Source: Lama glama
Taxonomy: Eukaryota
DNA: 64,000 nt
Reading direction: 5' to 3'
Assembly: GCA_028534125.1 (NCBI GenBank)
Contig: CM052817.1
Location: forward strand, 39,124,001-39,188,000
How positions within the stretch are numbered: the first letter of the stretch is position 1; each line of letters opens with the position of its first letter. Under the pieces are notes generated by a model, which was not told where the DNA came from, searched no databases, and was given only the letters and a program-made list of their open reading frames with translations. The translations under genes and the position numbers were made by a program. Positions 1 to 11,290 of the stretch are shown here, in pieces.

Positions 1-417
1 ACAGACAACAAAGTGTTTGTTGTGTTGCCTCCTTGTGTTATTTTTGTTTTTATTTTGCTGATTGAATATTTGCTGCCCACTCACTAAATACCAGGCATCA
101 TTCTGGGTGCCAGAGATCAAGCAGTGAAGAAGACACCTTTTGAGGGGCAGATGCATGGTGAACTTGGGAGACTGACAAAGCCTTGTGGCATCTTACAGGA
201 GTGCATAACTGAAGGAGGGAATTGTCCAACAAAGATGAAGTTGCAACAAAGAAATAAAAAGTGAGCATGCTGGAAGAGAAATTCGAATTAAACTTAAATG
301 GAGTTGTAGAAGAAATAACTGAGGGAATGTTGACACTGTCCTTATTCAAGAGACTCTGAACGTGCAGCTGAGGAACTTGATGAAGGCAAACTCATCATCA
401 TAAATGAGGAAAGTCAT

Positions 418-1770
418 GGAGAGAAGCAAGATGGCAGAGTAGAATGACACTTGTAGCTCACTCTCTCCCACAAATACACCAAAACTCACATCTGCAGACC
501 CACTCAGCCAACCAGAGCACCTGCCGAACTCCGACAGAACATCGCCCTCTTCGAAAGACAAAGACGCCAAAAATCTGGTAGGAGAAAAGGAATAAAGAAA
601 GAAGAAAAAGCAAAACAGTGTGGGATTGGTCCCATGGGGAGGGAGCAGCAAAGCAGGAATAGCGCTCGTTCACTGGGTCTCCCTCCTCCAACAGAGAGGC
701 TAGTGGGACAAAGCGGGAGCCTCCAAGGCTCAGATCTGCCCGGAGCACCCCTCGACCGACAGAATGAAGTTAAACGGGCACAAAGGGTCCCTGCAACACC
801 CAGCCCGAGATGCGAGCTGGCAGCTGGGGGCTAGGACAGCTGCCCGAGCTGGGCGGAGGACTGGGGCGGCTGCACTGAGGCAGCCCCGGGGGACTGCAGG
901 GTGCTGCGCGCCATGGCTGGGAGGGGATATGGATCAGAACAACCTCGATCCCCCATAAATTGCAAAAAAGCAAAGCAACAAGGCTGGTGGGCCCTGGGGG
1001 GAGGGGCGCTGTAGCCTTTGTCTCCTCAGACCCATGGTGCCATTACCCGTGGTGCCATTACTGGCGCTTCTCGTGAGAAGAGAGGTGGGGCGCAGCCACA
1101 GCCACCATCTCCTCCTGTGCGCAGTGCCTGGGCGGGGGTGGGGCCAAGCCCTGAATCCACACCCAGGCGCTCAGCAACCTCCTGGGCAGGACTGGGACTT
1201 GTTTACAGCCCAAGGCAGATAGGATCTTTCTGCCCTGGCACCTCAGAGAACTCGCACCACCAAGACAAACAAGGAGCTGAGATTTGGCATGGAGCGGGGT
1301 GGGGGCTGTTCTGCGGTCTTCCTCGAGCCTGCCTTCAGAGCGCTGACCCAAGGTGGAGCAGGCAGCTGCACAGAGCAGTGGAGCGACTGACGCTGGGAGA
1401 GGGCAGGCGGCCACCTGCCTTCCTGGCAGGAATGCAGCACCTGACTGTGGTGCTGGGAGGGGGCACTATCCACCCACCTGCCTTGCCCAAGCGCAGCATC
1501 TGACTACGGCATCGGGAGAGGGAGTGACCCGCCCGCCCACTGGGTAAGAGCTCAGCACCTGACCCAGTGTTGGGAGGGGGCGCGATCTGCTAGCCGACAG
1601 CCACTGGGAGCAGCACAGATGAGGACGCCAACAGAGGGCCTCTGGAAACAGCAAGCTGAGTTCACAAAACAGGCAAAGACACAAAAACCTCTTGATAAAA
1701 TCATTAAGAGCACGCTGTCTCCAGGAGAACTAGATAACTGATACTCCTTAAGCCACACTGCCAGAGAGAT
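418..1770 (+). promoter_or_regulatory. L1 5'UTR internal Pol II promoter, GC/CpG-rich
   Basis: Begins ggagagaagcAAGATGGC, a YY1-type motif (428-435) ~10 nt from the element start as in other L1s; CpG-rich across ~650-1600 compared with the flanks. Confidence 0.8.
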
Positions 1771-2670
1771 ATGAGCAATATGAAGAAGCAGAGGAATCAC
1801 TCCCAATTAAAAGATCAAGAGAAATCCCCTGAAAGCAAGATCAAGGAAATAGACATTGATGGCCTACTAGATCAAGATTTCAAAAAAGGACTGATCAGAG
1901 TACTGAAGGAACTAAAATAAATAGCATTTAGAGGTATAAAATATGTCAAAAATGAGATACAAGCTATAAAGGAGAACCAAGTAGAATTAGTAAACTCATT
2001 TGCTGAGACGAGAGCTGACCTAAAGTCTGTACAAAGCAGGCTAAATAATGCAAAGGAACAAACAAGTGACCTAGAAGACAGGACAACAGAAAGCACCCAA
2101 TCAGAACAGCTGAGAGAAAAACAAATAAAAACCAATGAAAACAATATAAGGGACCTATGGGGTAATATAAAGCATGCCAATCTATGCATAATAGGGGTTT
2201 CAGAAGGGGAAGAAAGAACAAAGGGGATTGAAAAGGTATTTGAAGAAATCATGACTGAAAACTCCCCAAACCTAAAGGAATCAGATATCCAAGTACAGGA
2301 GGCTCAGAGGGTCCCAAGCAGGAAGAACCCAAAAAGACCCACACTAAGACATATCATAATCAAGATGGCCAGAGTCAAGGATAAAGAAATAATCCTAAAG
2401 GCAGCAAGAGAAAAACAAAGAGTGAGTTACAAGGGAAACCCCATAAGGCTCTCAGCTGATTTCTGTACACAAACACTACAGTCCAGAAGGGAGTGGCAAG
2501 ACACATTCAAAGTCCTGAATGAAAGAAAGACGCAGCCTAGGATACTTTATCCAGGAAGGCTATCCTTTAGGATAGAAGGAGACATAAAGAGTTTCACAGA
2601 CAAGCAAAAACTACAAGAGTTTAGCAACACTAAACCTATGTTAAAAGAAATATTGAAAGGTCTGCTCTAA
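1771..2670 (+). pseudogene. L1 ORF1p (coiled coil, RRM, CTD) with a premature stop
   Basis: ATG at 1771 (MSNMKKQRNHSQLKDQEKS...) is in frame with the track ORF 2251-2670 (ILKAAREK, IRLSADF, RREW, ILYPGRLSF motifs). In-frame TAA at 1918-1920. Confidence 0.92.
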
Positions 2671-3072
2671 ATAGAAAAGCAGCAGGATGATACAGAAATG
2701 AGAAACTCACAAATGGAAAGGTGATAACTCATAAATTACAAATAAAATCAACACAAAATTGTGAAAGAAGACTTCTAAATCATTGATAGTGGGAAAGGGA
2801 GGCAGGAAAATATAGAATTTTTTTTTCTTTTTTAGATTTTTTGTTCTCAGTAGGATGGGTTTGAGATCATGTTACTATCAATTTAATAAAAACAGTTATA
2901 GTAATGGGCTAATAGACTTACAAAAAAGGGTAACCACAAGCCAAAAACTTACAAGGGAGTCACAAAAACTAAATAAAATCCACAATAATACAAAGGAAAA
3001 TTACCAAACCACAAAAGGAAGAAGAAAGGAACAAAGAGGAAATACCAAATCAACTGCAAAGATAAGTTCAAA

Positions 3073-3766
3073 ATGGCAATAAATACACATCTATCATTAA
3101 TTACTGTGAACGTTAATGGGCTAAATGCTCCAGTCAAAAAACAGAGTGGCAGACTGGATAATAAAGCAAGAACCTTCAATATGCTGCATGCAAGAGACCT
3201 ACTTTAGGGAGAAGGACACATATAGATTGAGAGTGAAAGGATGGAAAAGGATATTCCATGCAAATGGAAAAGCCAAAAAAGCAGCTGTTGCAGTACTAAT
3301 TTCAGACAAAATAGACCTTGAAACAAAGGCCATAAAGAAAGATAAAGAAGGACATTTTATAATGATTAAAGGAGTAATACAAGATGAGGATATTACACTT
3401 GTTAATATATATGCACCCAATATAGGAGCACCTAAATATATAAAACAGTTACTAACAGAGATAAAGGGGGATATTGATGGGAATACAATCATAGTTGGAG
3501 ATTTTAACACTGCATTAACATCACTAGACAGATCGTCCAGACAGAAAATAAATAAAGCAACAGAGAAATTAAATACTACAATAGAAAAATTAGACTTGGT
3601 GGATATTTTCAGAGCATTACACACCCCCTCCAAAATAAGATATACATTCTTTTCAAGTGCACATGGAAAATTTTCTAGGATTGATCATGTACTTGGGTAC
3701 AAAAGAAACCTCAACAATTTTAAGAAGATAGAAATTATCTCAAGTATCTTTACTGACCACAATGCC
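3073..3766 (+). pseudogene. L1 ORF2p APE-like endonuclease domain, frameshifted, running into the gap
   Basis: ATG 3073 gives MAINTHLSLITVNVNGLNAP, then the frame changes in the A-run near 3140. Continues with ICCMQET, NIYAPN, IVGDFNT, SRIDHVLG and TDHNA, the conserved L1 EN motifs. Confidence 0.95.
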
Positions 3767-4266
3767 NNNNNNNNNNNNNNNNNNNNNNNNNNNNNNNNNN
3801 NNNNNNNNNNNNNNNNNNNNNNNNNNNNNNNNNNNNNNNNNNNNNNNNNNNNNNNNNNNNNNNNNNNNNNNNNNNNNNNNNNNNNNNNNNNNNNNNNNNN
3901 NNNNNNNNNNNNNNNNNNNNNNNNNNNNNNNNNNNNNNNNNNNNNNNNNNNNNNNNNNNNNNNNNNNNNNNNNNNNNNNNNNNNNNNNNNNNNNNNNNNN
4001 NNNNNNNNNNNNNNNNNNNNNNNNNNNNNNNNNNNNNNNNNNNNNNNNNNNNNNNNNNNNNNNNNNNNNNNNNNNNNNNNNNNNNNNNNNNNNNNNNNNN
4101 NNNNNNNNNNNNNNNNNNNNNNNNNNNNNNNNNNNNNNNNNNNNNNNNNNNNNNNNNNNNNNNNNNNNNNNNNNNNNNNNNNNNNNNNNNNNNNNNNNNN
4201 NNNNNNNNNNNNNNNNNNNNNNNNNNNNNNNNNNNNNNNNNNNNNNNNNNNNNNNNNNNNNNNNNN
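3767..4266. other. Assembly gap (500 N)
   Basis: Run of N. Confidence 1.
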
Positions 4267-5670
4267 AAAAAAAATGAGGAAAGTCATTGTGATGAGAAGG
4301 ATGGACGTGATGAAGTAACATTGGCAAAAATATTCACATTAAAGAAATTCTCAAAGAGATTTCATAACATTGACATCACAAAGGATAAAAGATTGGGAGA
4401 CAATCTCTGTTTAGAAAGGAGTAGGATGACTCATCAAGGCACAGAAAAGATGCTAATGTGTATATAAGAAGGAAGTAAGTGCTAAAAACTTCTTTTTTTG
4501 TACAAAGGACTAAAATGCATTAATGTTTCTAATGTTTTATCATTTTTCATTTTATTATACATTTATAACTTACAGAAAGAGAGTTTTTAACATTTAGACA
4601 AAACTTTTATATGTTATGAGATCATCATGATTTTGCTTGTGTATTATTTAGGTTGATTTGCATGGTTTCAGTTAGAAAGATCATTTTTATGGTCCCATAC
4701 TCCCGTGGAGTGAGAACTGCCTGTGTATTTAAAAAATGGGAACCTTGTCTATTTGGCTTCTCTTGTATCCTTATTAATAAGATTCCCAGACACTATCACT
4801 TTGAATGGAAGATTGTGGTTACTGTCTCTGCTGGAATAAAAGACTTCACCAACTGAAGAAGACACTGAGAGTGTATTTTGGGAAAAAAAGTTTTGAAATT
4901 GTTCAGTGGTTGATGAAAATCAGATACATGGCACTGTAGTGACTTTATAGAAAGGTATATTATATAGCCAAAATGTTTTCGTGCTAATATTCTGTTACCA
5001 AAATTACTATTCAAGATGCAGAATTAAAGAAGCAAACTTGCCAAGGGGATTAGGGAGGGGACTCGAGGCTGGTGGAAAATATTTGACTCTGTTTCCACTA
5101 AAATGTGAGACTGGACATGCCACTGTTAGACTCTGAAGTATTCTTTTTGGTGAAGTTACATTTTTAGTTTCTTGGTCATGTTTGGTAATCTCAGGCAGAG
5201 CTAGGATGAGGGTGCGGCTGGAGAGGGGTATGCCTTGGACTAACTGGCTGACCCTTCACTCTTTCATTCATTCAACCAATGATTTCTACCAATAGTTTCT
5301 ACCACATTCAAGGCCCTGAGGCCACTGGTGAATAACTCAGTCACCCCAGTTTTTATCCTGGGAGGTGTCTTGACTACGTGGACCACATATTTAAAGTGAT
5401 AGCAGGCAGATCCCAGCTACAATTAGATCAATACTCCGCTTAATGCAGAGGGTTGTTTAGGAGATGCCATTTTGCAAGATACAACAAACATTTTGATATA
5501 TTTTACATTTGATGAAGGCCTGGGGAAAATACTCCTCTTTACTGTGAAAAGAGCTCTTCAGAAGAGATTTGACTCTCCAGTTGTACTAGACTCAGTTTGT
5601 GCATCATTCCAGACCTGCTTTGTCCTCTGCTTGCAGCCAGATCAGCTCTGCTGACAGCTCACACTGTCCC

Positions 5671-6236
5671 TGTGACTATAAAACTCTCACCGCCACAGCC
5701 TCATTTCCTAAGGCCTGGAGTTGTTTTAGCCTCCCCTGTGGATGAGCACTGGTTTCCAGCCTGGTTTTCACCAAGCCCAGGGTGAAATGCAGTGACTAAG
5801 GCATCATATTCTGACTCAACAAGACCCAGGAAGCTCAGGCTTCCCCAATGACTTCCTTAACGGACCAGGCAACATGACCAGGAAGCACTGGGTTGTTAAC
5901 ACCCCAGTGAAAGAACCCTGACCAATGAAAGTTAGGAGACAGGAGACAGCGGACACTTGCCTTGTGCTTCTTTTCTCTGACAGACTTCTCAGACACAGTG
6001 GATCCCTTTACCCTCGCTACTGCTGGATAGGGAACTTTCCGACTTGACTGAGCTACCGGTGATGCTGTGGCAACTTCGTAACATACCATCTTGTCCATGC
6101 TTTCTCTGCCTTCCTGCCTAGCTTCTTTTTTTTTTTCCCTTTCACCTCACTTGTTTCCCTGGGACTGGGCCATCAGTAAAGCATTAACACTAAGATTTGT
6201 CTTATGCTCTGTTTACTAGGAACCCAGACAAAGACA
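5671..6236 (+). mobile_element. Solo ERVL LTR (LTR33/LTR16-like)
   Basis: TG...CA ends; 3' end ctctgtttactaggaacccagacaaagaca resembles the recalled LTR33/16 terminus; degenerate polyA signal agtaaa at ~6175. Confidence 0.65.
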
Positions 6237-6288
6237 GCAGTGTCTGCTAAAAATGGTCCAGGTCTGGTCTTGAAATATTCTGGTAGCC

Positions 6289-6482
6289 TTCTCATGGCAG
6301 AATAATATTCCATGGTATGTATATACAGTATCTTTATCTATTCAGCCATTGATGGGCACTTACAAACTACCTAACACTACAATAGCAATCATATTGCAAT
6401 ATACAAATATATCAAATTAACATGCTGTACACATTAAACTTATACAATGGTGTATGTCAAACATATTTTAATGAAAAATAAT
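6289..6482. mobile_element. Short L1 (L1MA-like) 3' end with an inverted 5' piece
   Basis: 6289-6362 matches L1 ORF2-end sequence on the minus strand; 6363-6482 matches an L1MA-type 3' terminus on the plus strand with an A-rich end. Confidence 0.65.
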
Positions 6483-6530
6483 AGGCTGGCTTTTGTCATT
6501 ATTAGATATATTTTTACTAATTTCTTGATC

Positions 6531-6532
<2 letters not shown>

Positions 6533-6569
<37 letters not shown>

Positions 6570-6570
6570 T
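6533..6570. repeat. Compound (CT)n(CA)n microsatellite
   Basis: tctctc... followed directly by acacac... Confidence 0.95.
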
Positions 6571-7639
6571 ACAAATCCATCGAAATAAACAAACAACAAA
6601 ACAAGGCAAACGTCTCTGCACAAAAAAGGAGTATGTATTTAATAAATAGTACTTTGTGTGCCATATGATTATACTAATTCCTTTTGAGGGCTCAAGATGG
6701 CCTCATCTCAAAGAGTGGACGTTGGAAAAAACTATAAGCATATGTCAACTATCACAAAAATAACTTAAATATGTGTACATTTAAGCCTTCAAAAGTTTCT
6801 AGGCAATGAGTGAAATGGTTTGTCAAAATCTCTCCTCCTGTTATTAAAGCCACCAGCAGTGGCAATCGGAACTTTAGTGTAGCATTATTAGACGGGGAAG
6901 AGAGGTCACTCCTAAAGATACATTTTAGAAAATTGTTGCTATTACTCTAATCATTACTTACTTTTCCTGGCCCATGAGGCTGTCCCGTGAGCTGCCTGAG
7001 GAACTCACAAAGGGGAGGGACATACATTACCATAGATATAATTATTCAAAATAATTTTCATTAGGAAAAAGAATCTCATTTTTAAAGACGGGCCCAGGCA
7101 ATCAGCCATCAAGGTGTACAGCCCTAAAGAGACTGCGCATGGCTGCCAGGCCACCTAAGGCAGGCTGTGTCCCCTCTTACTGCCTTCTGGTCCTGAAAAC
7201 CATTAATCCTATTAATTGCATATCACAAGACTGGTAGCAGTTCTACAAATGAGTAAACACAGAGATAAAAGTGTAATCAGACTAGTCCAGCAAATTGGAT
7301 TCAGGTCTTCAATGAACAATCCTGTTTCAATTCAGGAATTTTATTATCACCGTTACTGGAACAAATCACTTTATTAAACAGAAGGAGCTTTTGTGGAGAA
7401 ATTTCTTCTTGTGGCCAACATTATGAAGCTCTCTAACATAAAAACAGCACTTATACTTGTCAAGGGATTTCTTTAGGCAATTCAACTAATGGCTTGTGAC
7501 AGGTAGGACTTGAAATGTTCATTCAAGACTTCCAATTGCTATGCAGCTGTATTTTTTTTTCATTCTAAGGGAAAAAAGCACTCTTTTGATGCTTTTAGTG
7601 GAATTAATATTTTCAGTAAGGAGTTTGCTGACAAGAGGA

Positions 7640-7760
7640 TCTCTCTCTCTCCCTGTACCTCCTTCCAGTCTCCCTTCCTCCCTCCTTCCCTCCCTGCTCC
7701 TGTCCCTCCCTCACCCTCCCCTCCCTCCCTCTTTCTCTTCCTCCTATTCCCACTCCTTCT
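7640..7760. repeat. CT-rich polypyrimidine low-complexity tract
   Basis: Nearly pure C/T for ~120 bp. Confidence 0.85.
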
Positions 7761-8097
7761 GTGAAGGGCAGTGGAGTTTGAGGAAGAAGGCATTGAAGAA
7801 TAGGACAGCATTTGGATTTAATTGAGGCAGATCCTTCCATAAATTTTTTTTGCACAAGGATCCTTAAAATAATAGAACAACTCATCATATTGCTAGGATA
7901 GAAGATGAACAAACTGGAAATTGTCAACCATGAGCTTGCTTTCTTAATTCCCTTCCTAGGCACGTAGGGTCCAAGGAGTCAAGACCAGGGGCAGGAGTGG
8001 AGACTGGCTCCTTAGCTGCTGTGAGGCATAGAGCTGAGGGGATCAAAGACAGAATCCCAGGGAAAAGGTAGGCTCAGGGCTCCTTACCAGGGTTTAA

Positions 8098-8289
8098 AAT
8101 GCCATCCAATAGGGCTTTCTGTGATGGTGGAGCTGCCCAATAAGGGTGGCCACTAGCCACAGGTGGCTGTTGATCTCTTGAAACGTGGCTAATGTGACAG
8201 AAGAACTGAAATTTTATCTCATTTAATTTTAATTAATTCAACATTTGATAGCCACACGTGGCTAGTGGCTCCCATATTGAATAGCACAC
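8098..8289 (+). mobile_element. MER3 (hAT-Charlie MITE)
   Basis: Internal inverted motifs ggccactagccacaggtggct ... tagccacacgtggctagtggct and an AT-rich core, matching recalled MER3. Confidence 0.85.
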
Positions 8290-9389
8290 ATGTATAGGGT
8301 TAGAACTGTGAGGTCTGAGTAGAGAAATGAAGACTTCTTCTGAAGAGAAAGGTCTCTAACAATGTTTGACAAGACATGGTGAAATGTACAAGAGAATGGG
8401 GAAAGGATGAAAGAGATCAGTAGAAACTGAAAACCTTCCCATATGAAACACTGACATTTGGTAATTGATTAAAATATACTTTTCTGAATGTTACATATAG
8501 TCTTTTTTTTAATGTCAAGCAGAGTTTATTTTTAAATTGCTAAGACTGTCCTAGTAATAGCTGTCATGGCACAGCAATTGACAGTTTTATAGCCATATTC
8601 AATGACTGAATATAGTTGAAAAGGGAAATTTGTTCATTGGGCACTTAATTTCCTTCATTGTAGCATGAGAGTAAGAAAGAAACTTAAGAGATATTTGTGA
8701 CCACGTTTCAGATTTATGGCTGAGGGGTTAAATTGAATATTTTGCTTTCTGAATGTTTTGACGTAACTACAGTGAGACTTGGCATTTGATTTTATTACAG
8801 TTGCATACAAAGTTGGATTTTCCATAATGCCAGTTTGGAACTAAATTGACCTGACTGCTTGCAGAGACTTACAACCCCTCCCATTCGATCTTAGGTCTTA
8901 ATAAACTGAATATCCCTGAAAATGCTGTTCTGAAGACAAAATAAAAGCTGACCAACTATGGCCACTGTGCCAATACAAATTTCTGCAAACTTTATATAAA
9001 TGATCAAAAAATTTTCTTGTAAATCAATAAATTTGGTAAATTATAATTTGAATGTTTGGCAAATTGACTTTTCAGTGACTTAGCCATTCTGCAGCTCGCT
9101 TTCTTGTCTGTGACAAAGGCAGCTGTCCTCATGTCTCTGTCCTCCTCCACTTTCTCCAGTGTGCTCAAGGCACCTGCAGCGGTCCCCCAGATATAGGAAA
9201 GCCCATCTCCATCCTTCTTTGCCTGGGAAATTCCTATACATCACTAAGATGCAAGTAAATGTCCCTTCTTCCTAAAGTCCTCTTAAATCTCGTCCTCACT
9301 TGCCCACTCTAGGCAGAGTTAACTGCTAATTTCTGTAGGTTTCCAGAGGGATTGGCAACTGTGAGAATGATGTCAGTCTAAAACTTTTG

Positions 9390-9545
9390 GTGATATTTAT
9401 GCCCCACAAGGGAGAATCTGCCTGAGAACGAGGTGAACAGAGAGGGGAGCTGAGTGGAGAGATGAAGAAAAAGAGGTAGAGTGTTTATGACAACCTCTTG
9501 ACACCTGGATCTAGCTATTCAGCCCCACACTTTCTAGTTACTTTC
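9390..9545 (+). mobile_element. Old MaLR LTR fragment (MLT1J/K-like)
   Basis: ggagaatctgcctgagaacgagg...cacctggatctagct resembles the MLT1J/K core. Confidence 0.45.
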
Positions 9546-10534
9546 TAGTCATAGGAAACTCAGAAAGTACTACTTCATAGTGGGGAGAACTTCCTGAGAC
9601 ATTAATAATTGTGAGCCCTGGTGATTACCTTTCCTGGCATTTGATGTGGGGCTTCTGCCTCTTAAGGTGCTCAGAGTGCACCCTGTCTCATAAAGAGGGG
9701 CACAGAGCAGAGCGAAACACCTGCCAGCGGTGGGCTCACCAGCTCTGAGCAGCCTGGTGTTGCTATGACAGGAAGGCGAGTTGCTCCACCCAGGCCAGTG
9801 CTGCATAGCCCTGAAGCAGAATTTAACCCTGGATCAAAGGAGCTGTTAAAATGGTCCAGGTGAAGGAGGAGACATGCAGCTAGACTGCACTTGCTCTGGA
9901 AGACTTAATGGGAATTAAAAAGGGGAAGGTGAAAGAAGCTGCCTACATTTGAAAACACTCTTATTCTTCTTATTTCTTATGTTTGGACTTCTGTCCTTGG
10001 GGATACCTTCGCTATTTTCCAAATTTTGCTGTGTGATGGTAGCAAATGCCTTAAAAACACCAGCAGGGATGCCTTTCCCAAAGATATCCCATAGACACCC
10101 TTGCGCTGTAAAAGACACCCAGCCCAGGGATCTCTCTATCTGGTTTGAAAGACCAGATTTCTTTTAGGCAAGATATTTAGTTTCTTACTTTAACCTATAA
10201 AATGGGGTGATGGTAAATACTGCCTTACAGAGTGAAGATTAAATGAAAAAAAATGCAAGAGAAGAGGCTAAAGTCATTTTATGTGATTATGTTATTATTT
10301 CCACTTTCTTACAGTTCTAGCAAATAGAGTTCCTGTTAAACTCACTGTGTACTGGTTCTGTACTACATACATAGTCTCTATACAGATTCTGCTTACTGAG
10401 AACAGCTCCTCAGAGCTCATCCATGAGAAAATTCCCCTAGAAGTTTCAGATAGACGTAAGGGAGGAAAGCAACTGGATTTTGGTAATTTGCACTGGAGTG
10501 TGAATGATTGATAGATTTCTTACCAGTGATGTTT

Positions 10535-11290
10535 ACTTTTTAAAAAATTGAGATATAACATTATATTAGCTTCAGATGTACAATATAACAATGTAATATT
10601 TGTATATGTTGTGAAATGATCACCCCAGTAAGTCTAGTCACAGCTATTGCTACATATAGTTATAAATTTTTTTTCTTGTGATGAGAATTTTTAAGATCTA
10701 CTCTTTTAGCGACCTTTAAATATACTATACAATATTATTAACTATAGTCGCCATGCTGTACGTTACATCCTGAGGACTTACGTTCTTTATAACTGGAAGT
10801 TTGTACACTTTGACCCCCTTTAGCCATTTCACCCACCCCCACCAACTCCCTCTGGCAACTACCAATCTGTTCTCTGTATCTGTGAGTTTTGTTTTGTTTT
10901 GTTCTGTTTTGTTTTGTTTTGTTTTTAGTTTCCACATGTAAATGAGATTTGGCTCTGTCTGGCTTACTTCACTTAGCACAATGCCGTCAAGTTCCATCCA
11001 TATTGTGGAAGAACCACAAATGGCAAGGTTTCTTTCTTTTTTGTGACTGGACAATATTCCATTGTGTACATATGCACCACATTTTCTTTATCCATTTATC
11101 CATTGATAGACAGGTTGCTTCCATGTCTTGGCTATTGTAAATAATGCTGCAGTGAACACGGGGGTGCAGGTATCTTTTTGAGTTAATGTTTTTGTTTTCT
11201 TGGGATAATTACACAGGAGTGAAATTGCTGGATCATATGATAGTTCTATCTTTAATTTTTTGAGGTCCCTTCATATGGCTTTCCATAGTA
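10535..11290 (-). mobile_element. 5'-truncated L1 (L1MA9-like 3'UTR plus ORF2 end)
   Basis: T-rich left end; minus-strand ORFs give IWMELDGIVLSEVSQ (ORF2 C-terminus); internal (GTTTT)n at ~10887-10926. Confidence 0.9.

Larger units (their letters stand above)
418..4271 (+). mobile_element. Full-length LINE-1 (5'UTR, ORF1, spacer, start of ORF2, assembly gap, poly-A)
   Basis: Perfect 16-bp TSD aaatgaggaaagtcat at 402-417 and 4272-4287; A-run just before the right TSD; ORF1 and ORF2 endonuclease sequence clearly L1. Confidence 0.97.
1..4723. mobile_element. Ancient TcMar-Tigger DNA transposon relic (Tigger13-like), split by an L2 fragment (~39-190) and the full-length L1 (418-4271)
   Basis: Pieces 1-38, ~195-417 and 4272-4723 read as one element once the inserts are removed (...taaatgaggaaagtcat|tgtgatgagaaggatg...). 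Ends in a Tigger-type terminus (gagaactgcctg ~4712-4723). Family from recalled consensus. Confidence 0.7.

Noticed and set aside
346..1806. Many overlapping ORFs in the L1 5'UTR (possible ORF0 analogue)
   Set aside because: GC-rich sequence has few stops; several start at non-ATG codons; no recognisable similarity.
3685..4327. Long ORFs containing X runs (also 33589-34490 and 54329-55073)
   Set aside because: Artefacts of translating N gaps.
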